DNA of 15,630 nucleotides from the IMG/VR virus record IMGVR_UViG_2574180220_000001. The stretch is one strand, 5' to 3'. The notes beneath the pieces were generated by a model. The model saw nothing but the letters and a program-made list of their open reading frames with translations, was not told the DNA's origin and ran no database searches. Below are positions 7,986-15,351 of the stretch, piece after piece (the stretch's first letter is position 1; every line of letters begins with the position of its first letter). Made by a program: the position numbers and the translations under genes. The stretch is from a virus. Taxonomy: Duplodnaviria; Heunggongvirae; Uroviricota; Caudoviricetes.

Positions 7986-8482
7986 TGCCTCCATCATTAC
8001 GAAAAGCCGTTGCTGCTGCTATTGGTGGCGGAGCAATTGCTATAGCATCAGTGTTAATTACTGGCCCAAGTGGTAACGATGGTCTGGAAGGTGTCAGCTA
8101 CGTACCATACAAAGATATCGTTGGCGTATGGACTGTATGTCACGGACACACCGGAAAAGACATCATGCTCGGTAAAACGTATACCAAAGCAGAATGCAAA
8201 GCACTCTTGAATAAAGACCTTGCCACTGTCGCCAGACAAATTAACCCGTACATCAAAGTCGATATACCGGAAACAACGCGCGGCGCTCTTTACTCATTCG
8301 TTTACAACGTGGGTGCTGGCAATTTCAGAACATCGACGCTTCTTCGCAAAATAAACCAGGGCGATATCAAAGGCGCATGTGATCAGCTACGTCGCTGGAC
8401 ATATGCTGGCGGTAAGCAATGGAAAGGTCTCATGACTCGTCGTGAGATTGAGCGTGAAATCTGTTTGTGGGGTCAGCAATGA
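7985..8482 (+). CDS. R: SAR endolysin (T4-lysozyme-like, GH24), phage 21 R-type, 165 aa
   Basis: N-terminal Gly/Ala-rich signal-arrest-release segment ([20 protein letters not shown]), catalytic E-x8-D/C-x5-T region ([23 protein letters not shown]); start overlaps the holin stop. Confidence 0.9.
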   Translation: MPPSLRKAVAAAIGGGAIAIASVLITGPSGNDGLEGVSYVPYKDIVGVWTVCHGHTGKDIMLGKTYTKAECKALLNKDLATVARQINPYIKVDIPETTRGALYSFVYNVGAGNFRTSTLLRKINQGDIKGACDQLRRWTYAGGKQWKGLMTRREIEREICLWGQQ

Positions 8483-8940
8483 ACAGAGTAACCGCGATTA
8501 TCTCCGCTCTGGTTATCTGCATCATCGTCTACCTGTCATGGGCTGTTAATCATTACCGTGATAACGCCATTACCTACAAAGCCCAGCGCGACAAAAATGC
8601 CAGAGAACTGAAGCTGGCGAACGCGGCAATTACTGACATGCAGATGCGTCAGCGTGATGTTGCTGCGCTCGATGCAAAATACACGAAGGAGTTAGCTGAT
8701 GCTAAAGCTGAAAATGATGCTCTGCGTGATGATGTTGCCGCTGGTCGTCGTCGGTTGCACATCAAAGCAGTCTGTCAGTCAGTGCGTGAAGCCACCACCG
8801 CCTCCGGCGTGGATAATGCAGCCTCCCCCCGACTGGCAGACACCGCTGAACGGGATTATTTCACCCTCAGAGAGAGGCTGATCACTATGCAAAAACAACT
8901 GGAAGGAACCCAGAAGTATATTAATGAGCAGTGCAGATAG
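8479..8940 (+). CDS. Rz: Rz inner-membrane spanin (i-spanin)
   Basis: [55 protein letters not shown]... matches lambda Rz; ATGA overlap with the R stop. Track lists 8467 as an alternative upstream start. Confidence 0.9.
   Translation: MNRVTAIISALVICIIVYLSWAVNHYRDNAITYKAQRDKNARELKLANAAITDMQMRQRDVAALDAKYTKELADAKAENDALRDDVAAGRRRLHIKAVCQSVREATTASGVDNAASPRLADTAERDYFTLRERLITMQKQLEGTQKYINEQCR
8699..8881 (+). CDS. Rz1: Rz1 outer-membrane lipoprotein spanin (o-spanin), embedded in the +1 frame of Rz
   Basis: [60 protein letters not shown]; lipobox LVVVGC and proline-rich region; fully nested inside Rz as in lambda. Confidence 0.9.
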   Translation: MLKLKMMLCVMMLPLVVVGCTSKQSVSQCVKPPPPPAWIMQPPPDWQTPLNGIISPSERG

Positions 8941-8971
8941 AGTTGCCCATATCGATGGGCAACTCATGCAA

Positions 8972-9265
8972 TTATTGTGAGCAATACACACGCGCTTCCA
9001 GCGGAGTATAAATGCCTAAAGTAATAAAACCGAGCAATCCATTTACGAATGTTTGCTGGGTTTCTGTTTTAACAACATTTTCTGCGCCGCCACAAATTTT
9101 GGCTGCATCGACAGTTTTCTTCTGCCCAATTCCAGAAACGAAGAAATGATGGGTGATGGTTTCCTTTGGTGCTACTGCTGCCGGTTTGTTTTGAACAGTA
9201 AACGTCTGTTGAGCACATCCTGTAATAAGCAGGGCCAGCGCAGTAGCGAGTAGCATTTTTTTCAT
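8972..9265 (-). CDS. bor: Bor lipoprotein (serum-resistance, Iss-like lysogenic conversion protein), 97 aa
   Basis: MKKMLLATALALLITGCAQQTFTVQNKPAAVAPKETITHHFFVSGIGQKKTVDAAKICGG... matches lambda Bor; lipobox LITGC. Confidence 0.9.
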   Translation of the reverse strand: MKKMLLATALALLITGCAQQTFTVQNKPAAVAPKETITHHFFVSGIGQKKTVDAAKICGGAENVVKTETQQTFVNGLLGFITLGIYTPLEARVYCSQ

Positions 9266-9555
9266 GGTGTTATTCCCGATGCTTTTTGAAGTTCGCAGAA
9301 TCGTATGTGTAGAAAATTAAACAAACCCTAAACAATGAGTTGAAATTTCATATTGTTAATATTTATTAATGTATGTCAGGTGCGATGAATCGTCATTGTA
9401 TTCCCGGATTAACTATGTCCACAGCCCTGACGGGGAACTTCTCTGCGGGAGTGTCCGGGAATAATTAAAAACGATGCACACAGGGTTTAGCGCGTACACG
9501 TATTGCATTATGCCAACGCCCCGGTGCTGACACGGAAGAAACCGGACGTTATGAT

Positions 9556-10089
9556 TTAGCGTGGAAAGATTTGTGTAGTGTTCTGAATGCTCTCAGTAAA
9601 TAGTAATGAATTATCAAAGGTATAGTAATATCTTTTATGTTCATGGATATTTGTAACCCATCGGAAAACTCCTGCTTTAGCAAGATTTTCCCTGTATTGC
9701 TGAAATGTGATTTCTCTTGATTTCAACCTATCATAGGACGTTTCTATAAGATGCGTGTTTCTTGAGAATTTAACATTTACAACCTTTTTAAGTCCTTTTA
9801 TTAACACGGTGTTATCGTTTTCTAACACGATGTGAATATTATCTGTGGCTAGATAGTAAATATAATGTGAGACGTTGTGACGTTTTAGTTCAGAATAAAA
9901 CAATTCACAGTTTAAATCTTTTCGCACTTGATCGAATATTTCTTTAAAAATGGCAACCTGAGCCATTGGTAAAACCTTCCATGTGATACGAGGGCGCGTA
10001 GTTTGCATTATCGTTTTTATCGTTTCAATCTGGTCTGACCTCTTTGTGTTTTGTTGATGATTTATGTCAAATATTAGGAATGTTTTCAC
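9556..10089 (-). CDS. Hypothetical protein at the position of lambda p78, possibly DUF1398 / YbcV-like; function unknown
   Basis: 177-aa ORF; size and spacing to bor and to the next ORF match the lambda right arm. An internal Met ([11 protein letters not shown]...) would give 136 aa, the size I recall for DLP12 YbcV. Family assignment is from memory only. Confidence 0.65.
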   Translation of the reverse strand: MKTFLIFDINHQQNTKRSDQIETIKTIMQTTRPRITWKVLPMAQVAIFKEIFDQVRKDLNCELFYSELKRHNVSHYIYYLATDNIHIVLENDNTVLIKGLKKVVNVKFSRNTHLIETSYDRLKSREITFQQYRENLAKAGVFRWVTNIHEHKRYYYTFDNSLLFTESIQNTTQIFPR

Positions 10090-10251
10090 TTAATAGTATT
10101 GGTTGCGTAACAAAGTGCGGTCCTGCTGGCATTCTGGAGGGAAATACAACCGACAGATGTATGTAAGGCCAACGTGCTCAAATCTTCATACAGAAAGATT
10201 TGAAGTAATATTTTAACCGCTAGATGAAGAGCAAGCGCATGGAGCGACAAA

Positions 10252-10458
10252 ATGAATAAAGAACAATCTGCTGATGATCCCTCCGTGGATCTGATTCGTG
10301 TAAAAAATATGCTTAATAGCACCATTTCTATGAGTTACCCTGATGTTGTAATTGCATGTATAGAACATAAGGTGTCTCTGGAAGCATTCAGAGCAATTGA
10401 GGCAGCGTTGGTGAAGCACGATAATAATATGAAGGATTATTCCCTGGTGGTTGACTGA
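10252..10458 (+). CDS. Hypothetical 68-aa protein at the position of lambda p79 (YbcW-like)
   Basis: [71 protein letters not shown]; 163-bp spacing from the preceding ORF as in lambda. Confidence 0.6.
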
Positions 10459-10622
10459 TCACCATAACTGCTAATCATTCAAACTATTTAGCCTGTGACA
10501 GAGCCAACACGCAGTCTGTCACTGTCAGGAAAGTGGTAAAACTGCAACTCAATTACTGCAATGCCCTCGTAATTAAGTGAATTTACAATATCGTCCTGTT
10601 CGGAGGGAAGAACGCGGGATGT

Positions 10623-10817
10623 TCATTCTTCATCACTTTTAATTGATGTATATGCTCTCTTTTCTGACGTTAGTCTCCGACGGCAGGCTTCAATGACCCA
10701 GGCTGAGAAATTCCCGGACCCTTTTTGCTCAAGAGCGATGTTAATTTGTTCAATCATTTGGTTAGGAAAGCGGATGTTGCGGGTTGTTGTTCTGCGGGTT
10801 CTGTTCTTCGTTGACAT
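10623..10817 (-). CDS. Putative ribbon-helix-helix (Arc/CopG-like) DNA-binding protein, 64 aa
   Basis: MSTKNRTRRTTTRNIRFPNQMIEQINIALEQKGSGNFSAWVIEACRRRLTSEKRAYTSIKSDEE: basic N-terminal tail, beta-strand (RNIRFP), helix, G-x-S-x-N turn, second helix; typical RHH pattern. Lies ~200-400 bp upstream of cos. No strong Shine-Dalgarno. Confidence 0.45.
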   Translation of the reverse strand: MSTKNRTRRTTTRNIRFPNQMIEQINIALEQKGSGNFSAWVIEACRRRLTSEKRAYTSIKSDEE

Positions 10818-11009
10818 GAGGTTGCCCCGTATTCAGTGTCGCTGATTTGTATTGTCTGAAGTTGTTTTTACGTTAAGTTGATGCAGATCAATTAATACGA
10901 TACCTGCGTCATAATTGATTATTTGACGTGGTTTGATGGCGTAGATGCACGTTGTGACATGCAGATGATAATTATTATCATTTTGCGGGTCCTTTCCGGT
11001 GATCCGACA

Positions 11010-11200
11010 GGTTACGGGGCGGCGACCTCGCGGGTTTTCGCTATTTATGAAAATTTTCCGGTTTAAGGCGTTTCCGTTCTTCTTCGTCATAACTTAATGT
11101 TTTTATTTAAAATACCCTCTGAAAAGAAAGGAAGCGACAGGTGCTGAAAGCGAGCTTTTTGGCCTCTGTCGTTTCCTTTCTCTGTTTTTGTCCGTGGAAT
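11010..11200. other. cos region: cosN 12-nt cohesive-end sequence GGGCGGCGACCT at about 11017-11028, followed by cosB up to the nu1 start
   Basis: Seen in sequence: GGGCGGCGACCTCGCGGGTTTTCGCTATTTATGAAAATTTTCCGGTTTAAGGCG... matches the lambda left end / cos junction as I recall it. Confidence 0.85.
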
Positions 11201-11205
11201 GAACA

Positions 11206-11775
11206 ATGGAAGTCAACAAAAAGCAGCTGGCTGACATTTTCGGTGCGAGTATCCGTACCATTCAGAACTGGCAGGAACAGGGAATGCCCGTTCTGCGAGG
11301 CGGTGGCAAGGGTAATGAGGTGCTTTATGACTCTGCCGCCGTCATAAAATGGTATGCCGAAAGGGATGCTGAAATTGAGAACGAAAAGCTGCGCCGGGAG
11401 GTTGAAGAACTGCGGCAGGCCAGCGAGGCAGATCTCCAGCCAGGGACTATTGAGTACGAACGCCATCGACTTACGCGTGCGCAGGCCGACGCACAGGAAC
11501 TGAAGAATGCCAGAGACTCCGCTGAAGTGGTGGAAACCGCATTCTGTACTTTCGTGTTGTCGCGGATCGCAGGTGAAATTGCCAGTATTCTCGACGGGAT
11601 CCCCCTGTCGGTGCAGCGGCGTTTTCCGGAACTGGAAAACCGACATGTTGATTTCCTGAAACGGGATATCATCAAAGCCATGAACAAAGCAGCCGCGCTG
11701 GATGAACTGATAACGGGGCTAAAGCGCAGGCGCTCACTATCAACAAGGATGAGGTTAACTCAACTGTTGATTTAA
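11206..11775 (+). CDS. nu1: Terminase small subunit Nu1 with its C-terminus replaced (first ~170 aa lambda-like, last ~19 aa unrelated)
   Basis: MEVNKKQLADIFGASIRTIQNWQEQGMPVLRGGGKGNEVLYDSAAVIKWY... matches lambda Nu1 up to ...KAMNKAAALDELI, then diverges (TGLKRRRSLSTRMRLTQLLI); no terminase large subunit gene follows. Confidence 0.85.
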   Translation: MEVNKKQLADIFGASIRTIQNWQEQGMPVLRGGGKGNEVLYDSAAVIKWYAERDAEIENEKLRREVEELRQASEADLQPGTIEYERHRLTRAQADAQELKNARDSAEVVETAFCTFVLSRIAGEIASILDGIPLSVQRRFPELENRHVDFLKRDIIKAMNKAAALDELITGLKRRRSLSTRMRLTQLLI

Positions 11776-12428
11776 CTCTTACAAAACAAACAGGGACTGG
11801 AAATCGTTTTGTTTTACAGAACTTAGGTAATACAGAACTATCATTTGCCGCAAAAGTATGGGGATCAAGTGATCGACAAAACGTTTTTGAGGTTGGAACG
11901 TCTGCTGCGTATCTGTTTTATGCGCAAAAAACGTCAGCAGGCCAGTTGTTTGATGTAAATGGCGCTATTAATTGCACAACGCTGAATCAGTCATCAGACC
12001 GCGACCTTAAAGACGATATTCTCGTTATCAGCGACGCGACGAAAGCAATCCGTAAAATGAACGGATACACCTACACGCTCAGGGAAAACGGGATGCCTTA
12101 TGCTGGCGTTATTGCACAGGAAGTAATGGAGGCGATACCAGAAGCTGTGGGATCGTTTACTCATTACGGTGAAGAGTTGCAGGGACCAACGGTTGACGGC
12201 AATGAATTACGTGAAGAAACACGTTATCTGAATGTTGACTACGCCGCCGTGACGGGGTTACTTGTTCAGGTCGCCCGTGAAACAGATGGTCGCGTTACCG
12301 CGCTGGAAGAGGAAAACATAACGCTACGTAAAAATCTGGCAACAGCAGGCACCCGGATCAGCACTCTGGAAAATCAGGTAAGCGAACTGGTTGCACTTGT
12401 CCGGCAGTTAACAGGAAGCGAACATTGA
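11706..12428 (+). pseudogene. C-terminal fragment of a tail fibre / tailspike gene carrying a peptidase S74-type intramolecular chaperone domain; no own start at the junction
   Basis: Frame is open from the nu1 junction; contains the autoproteolysis-type motif SSDRDLKDDI followed by NGYTYTLRENGMPYAGVIAQEVMEAIPEAV and a C-terminal coiled-coil-like segment. Track reports only the Met-initiated part, 11946..12428. Confidence 0.6.
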
Positions 12429-12473
12429 TATCCTTCAAGCCCTGAAGGAGGCTGTTCCCGGTACGTTCAGACT

Positions 12474-12608
12474 GTTGTTGGGCTGGAGATCGCAACGGAG
12501 GAAGAAAACTCGTTGCTGGAAGCCTGGAAAAAGTATCGGGTGTTGCTGAACCGTGTTAATACAACAACTGCACCGGATATTGAATGGCCAGTAGCACCTA
12601 TAGGGTAA
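12474..12608 (+). pseudogene. 3' fragment of a tail-fibre assembly gene (Tfa-like C-terminus), no start codon
   Basis: Hand-translated: ...[41 protein letters not shown], resembling the conserved Tfa C-terminus (lambda Tfa ends ...[26 protein letters not shown]... as I recall); same frame as the preceding ORF, directly after its stop. Confidence 0.6.
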
Positions 12609-12692
12609 ATTCGTAATGATTACCTAAATACGTTATTCTTTTGTTCAAAAAGTGATTTTGCTATAGGTAGGGAGTATGTTCTTGGATTAAGA

Positions 12693-12724
12693 ATAAAAAA
12701 TCGCCATGAAAGAGCTTCATGGCG
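12693..12724 (-). terminator. Hairpin with U-tract on the minus strand (CGCCAUGAA-loop-UUCAUGGCG then AUUUUUU)
   Basis: Seen in sequence: 9-bp stem followed by a T-run on the minus strand, inside the AT-rich non-coding region; no obvious upstream minus-strand gene. Confidence 0.3.
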
Positions 12725-13467
12725 AGTACATAAACGTACAAAATGTGATGAAAGTAGAGTGGCGTAAGCCACTATATTAAGATATGACAATAGCGAAGAA
12801 AAGTAAATAACATTTTATGGACGTTTAATTGTTAATTATAAAAACTAGAGTGCCCGATATTGTTTATCTTGCTTTAAAATAATGTACTCAAACCAAATTT
12901 TTGAGCTAAAAGCTCAAATAATATAAATGCAATGATAATGTTTAATAAGACAATTAGCTTGCTTTGTATTTTCATTTCGGAATACTGTTAAGTAACTTTG
13001 ATGACCCTAACAATAGATCGGAATTTTCTTAGGGTCAATGGTCAATGTTTTTGCTTGCAAAGCAAATGTTTTGGTGGTTATAAGTTGTCTTAATATAGTC
13101 ACGCATGCAACTTGTTCCATGCGGAGATTAAAGATTGGAATATAACGCGAAGATGGAATTAAATTACATTTGCAATAACCAATTTATTATTACTCAATAA
13201 TTACCGATATTATTATTGTAAATTAATCATTAGAGTGCAAAAAGAAATGTAACGGCAAAATAAGAGGACGATAGCTGAGAAAAAAGCGTGCTTTCCCAAT
13301 CTGGGGCAAATCACGTCTGAATGACACCTGAAAACAGGTGGTAGCCTCAAGAAGGCTTGGAATATTCTTCTTTAATGTTATGTAATTCATTGATTTTTCG
13401 TGTACGATTTTAAGACATTTATTCCAAGAAAAATTTTTAACTCTTTGATTTTTCGACTCTGTATCAT

Positions 13468-13529
13468 CGGTCTCGAAAACCGGAGTAGGGGCAACTCTAC
13501 CGGGGGTTCAAATCCCCCTCTCTCCGCCA
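13468..13529 (+). tRNA. Partial tRNA-Ser (CGA anticodon; serU-like) 3' portion only (anticodon arm, variable arm, T-arm, acceptor 3' strand, CCA); 5' part absent
   Basis: GGTCTCGAAAACCGGAGTAGGGGCAACTCTACCGGGGGTTCAAATCCCCCTCTCTCCGCCA matches the 3' two-thirds of E. coli tRNA-Ser(CGA) as I recall it; upstream sequence cannot pair to form the acceptor or D arms. Confidence 0.7.
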
Positions 13530-14104
13530 CTTTATCAATGACTTATCTCCCGACTTCCCGCCTTGCTTTTCCTAAACAGAACAATCGTAGAATATTCTTG
13601 AAGGGTTAGATCGTCACTGTTTTCTGTTCGATACTGTGACATTCAGCACTTGATTCGCTATGGATCTGACAGGAAGGTTTTGAGCGAAAATTTGCAGTTA
13701 TTCAGTTGTTTTCTTATCGGTCACCATTATTCTTTTAGACATTGATCCTACAAAGCTGCCGCAAAGTTGGTGGTGGGAACTGAAGTTGCGTAGAGAAGGG
13801 GTCAATACCCGGAGGCAAACATGGGCTGGCAAAAGTGTAGCGGTATTAGGCGCAGCTATTTAGCCTAGTTATGTTTTATGAAAACTTGATATCATATAAG
13901 TGTCTTACTTATTGGCTGTAAATAAGTTTTTCCTAAGGAATTGTTTCTTGAGTATCATTTGTAACTGTAACGGAATTTATAATCCTTTGCTTTATTGTTA
14001 CGGTATTTTTTATCACACCCTATTTTTTATGTGGTTTTTTATACTGAAGTTTGGCAAAGTGAACTTTATATGCATATACTTCATCCTGGTTTCAGTTAAG
14101 TTGG

Positions 14105-14857
14105 GTGGATGATATGGCAACTACATGTTCAGTTATATTGATTTTGGAGTCCTTTGATGTTTATTTCGGAAAAGAGAGTGTGTTTCTGGAGAGAGGTTCA
14201 TCTGTACTTGTCGACTCTAGCTCTAGAGATTTTTTCCTGACATATCCTGAAAGAGTGATAGTGGCGGATTTTGGCGCTGAGTTTATTAGTCGCTATTTGA
14301 AAGCTAATAACTTAAGGGATATTTCTGATTGTAGGGAATATCCATCTTATTTAAAAATAAACTTTGCTGACTTCAGTTTAATTAAAGGATTAATTAGTTG
14401 GGCTAATCACTGTGCTGAATACATAGAAATTTTTGATGAGTCTATTGCTTTTACATGTCTCTCTGCATTTTCTTCTGAAAAACAATTTGGAGTATTTCTG
14501 TTTGAATGTTTGAAAAGCACAGGGGCTAAAGTTAAAACGATTATTCATACGGATTTATCTGCACCATGGCGTCTTAAGGATATATCATCAAGATTATATC
14601 TCAGCGAAAGTTTACTAAAGAGGAAATTGAAAGAAGAGGGGGTATCATTCAGTAAGATCATACTTGATGAGAGGATGCAAATGGCTGAATATTTACTCAG
14701 CACTCGTTGTTATCCTATTAGTAAAGTAGCTAAGGTCTGTGGTTATGCCAGTGTTTCATACTTTACTTATGTATTTAGACGTTATTTTGGTGTTTCTCCA
14801 AGTCAATACTCTCAGAGCAGTTCAGAAAGTAAAATTCTTACTCACCAGGGAATCTGA
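14105..14857 (+). CDS. AraC/XylS-family transcriptional regulator (YdeO/AppY/GadX-like), 250 aa
   Basis: C-terminal double helix-turn-helix region (PWRLKDISSRLYLSESLLKRKLKEEGVSFSKIILDERMQMAEYLL...VAKVCGYASVSYFTYVFRRYFGVSPSQY) typical of AraC family; AT-rich codon usage consistent with horizontally acquired DNA. Confidence 0.85.
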   Translation: MDDMATTCSVILILESFDVYFGKESVFLERGSSVLVDSSSRDFFLTYPERVIVADFGAEFISRYLKANNLRDISDCREYPSYLKINFADFSLIKGLISWANHCAEYIEIFDESIAFTCLSAFSSEKQFGVFLFECLKSTGAKVKTIIHTDLSAPWRLKDISSRLYLSESLLKRKLKEEGVSFSKIILDERMQMAEYLLSTRCYPISKVAKVCGYASVSYFTYVFRRYFGVSPSQYSQSSSESKILTHQGI

Positions 14858-15351
14858 TCATTGTTCTTGCCCCCTTATTTCCAGACAGGGGGTGTATCTT
14901 AAGTTAACGTTACCCGCTGACGTCGATATTCTCGCGGAGAGCGATAACCCAACGCACTGTGCGGATGGTTTTCATTGTAATGTTCGATCGCCACTGCAAG
15001 ATTATGCAATGCCGTTCTTACATTCGGTTTCGGCATGAACGCGATGTAGTCTTCCTTCATCGTTTTCACGAACCTTTCTGCCATTCCATTACTCTGAGGA
15101 CTGCTGATTGCCGTTGTGCAGGGCTCCAGATTCAACTCTCTGGCGAACTGCCATGTTTCATGCGCTCTATACGCTGAACCGTTATCTGTCAGCCACTGGA
15201 TGGACTGTTCCGGTACTTTATCGCCAAAGCGTTTTTCTATCGCTCCTAACATGACATCCTGCACTGTCGCTTTATCGTAACCTCCCGTGCTTGCGGCCCA
15301 GTCTATGGCTTCACGATCGCAACAGTCCAGGGCGAACGTAACACGCAGTTT
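14858..15351 (-). mobile_element. Truncated IS2-like element (IS3 family): terminal inverted repeat plus the 3' half of orfB
   Basis: Terminal sequence TTGCCCCCTTATTTCCAGACA resembles the IS2 end; minus-strand ORF fragment [24 protein letters not shown]...[50 protein letters not shown]...[14 protein letters not shown] resembles the IS2 OrfB integrase core. The 5' part is cut off at about 15351. Confidence 0.7.
14899..15351 (-). pseudogene. IS3-family (IS2-like) transposase OrfB, C-terminal fragment
   Basis: DDE/rve integrase-core motifs ([25 protein letters not shown]); the frame is open upstream of the reported Met but lacks the N-terminal half. Confidence 0.7.

Noticed and set aside
8054-8991. 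Minus-strand ORFs 8054..8239 and 8779..8991
   Set aside because: Antisense to the endolysin and Rz/Rz1; the second has a Gly/Cys-rich translation typical of a spurious frame.
9053-9253. Plus-strand ORF 9053..9253
   Set aside because: Antisense to bor.
10086-10419. Minus-strand ORFs 10086..10325 and 10213..10419
   Set aside because: Overlap the better-supported plus-strand 68-aa ORF and the upstream region of the 177-aa ORF; no recognisable domains.
10833-11090. Minus-strand ORF 10833..11090 (85 aa)
   Set aside because: Spans the cosN cleavage site and the highly structured cosB region; more likely a chance frame.
11107-11687. ORFs 11107..11646 (-), 11141..11347 (+) and 11325..11687 (-)
   Set aside because: Alternative-frame or antisense ORFs across nu1, which is strongly supported.
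13400-13609. Plus-strand ORF 13400..13609
   Set aside because: Its translation runs through the tRNA-Ser fragment; the RNA-gene remnant explains the sequence better.
13900-14112. Plus-strand ORF 13900..14112 (70 aa, Phe/Ile/Leu/Tyr-rich)
   Set aside because: Low-complexity hydrophobic translation of AT-rich DNA in the likely promoter region of the AraC-family gene; no Shine-Dalgarno or homology. A membrane peptide cannot be fully excluded.
14739-15177. Plus-strand ORFs 14739..15038 and 14959..15177
   Set aside because: Antisense to the IS2-like orfB fragment.
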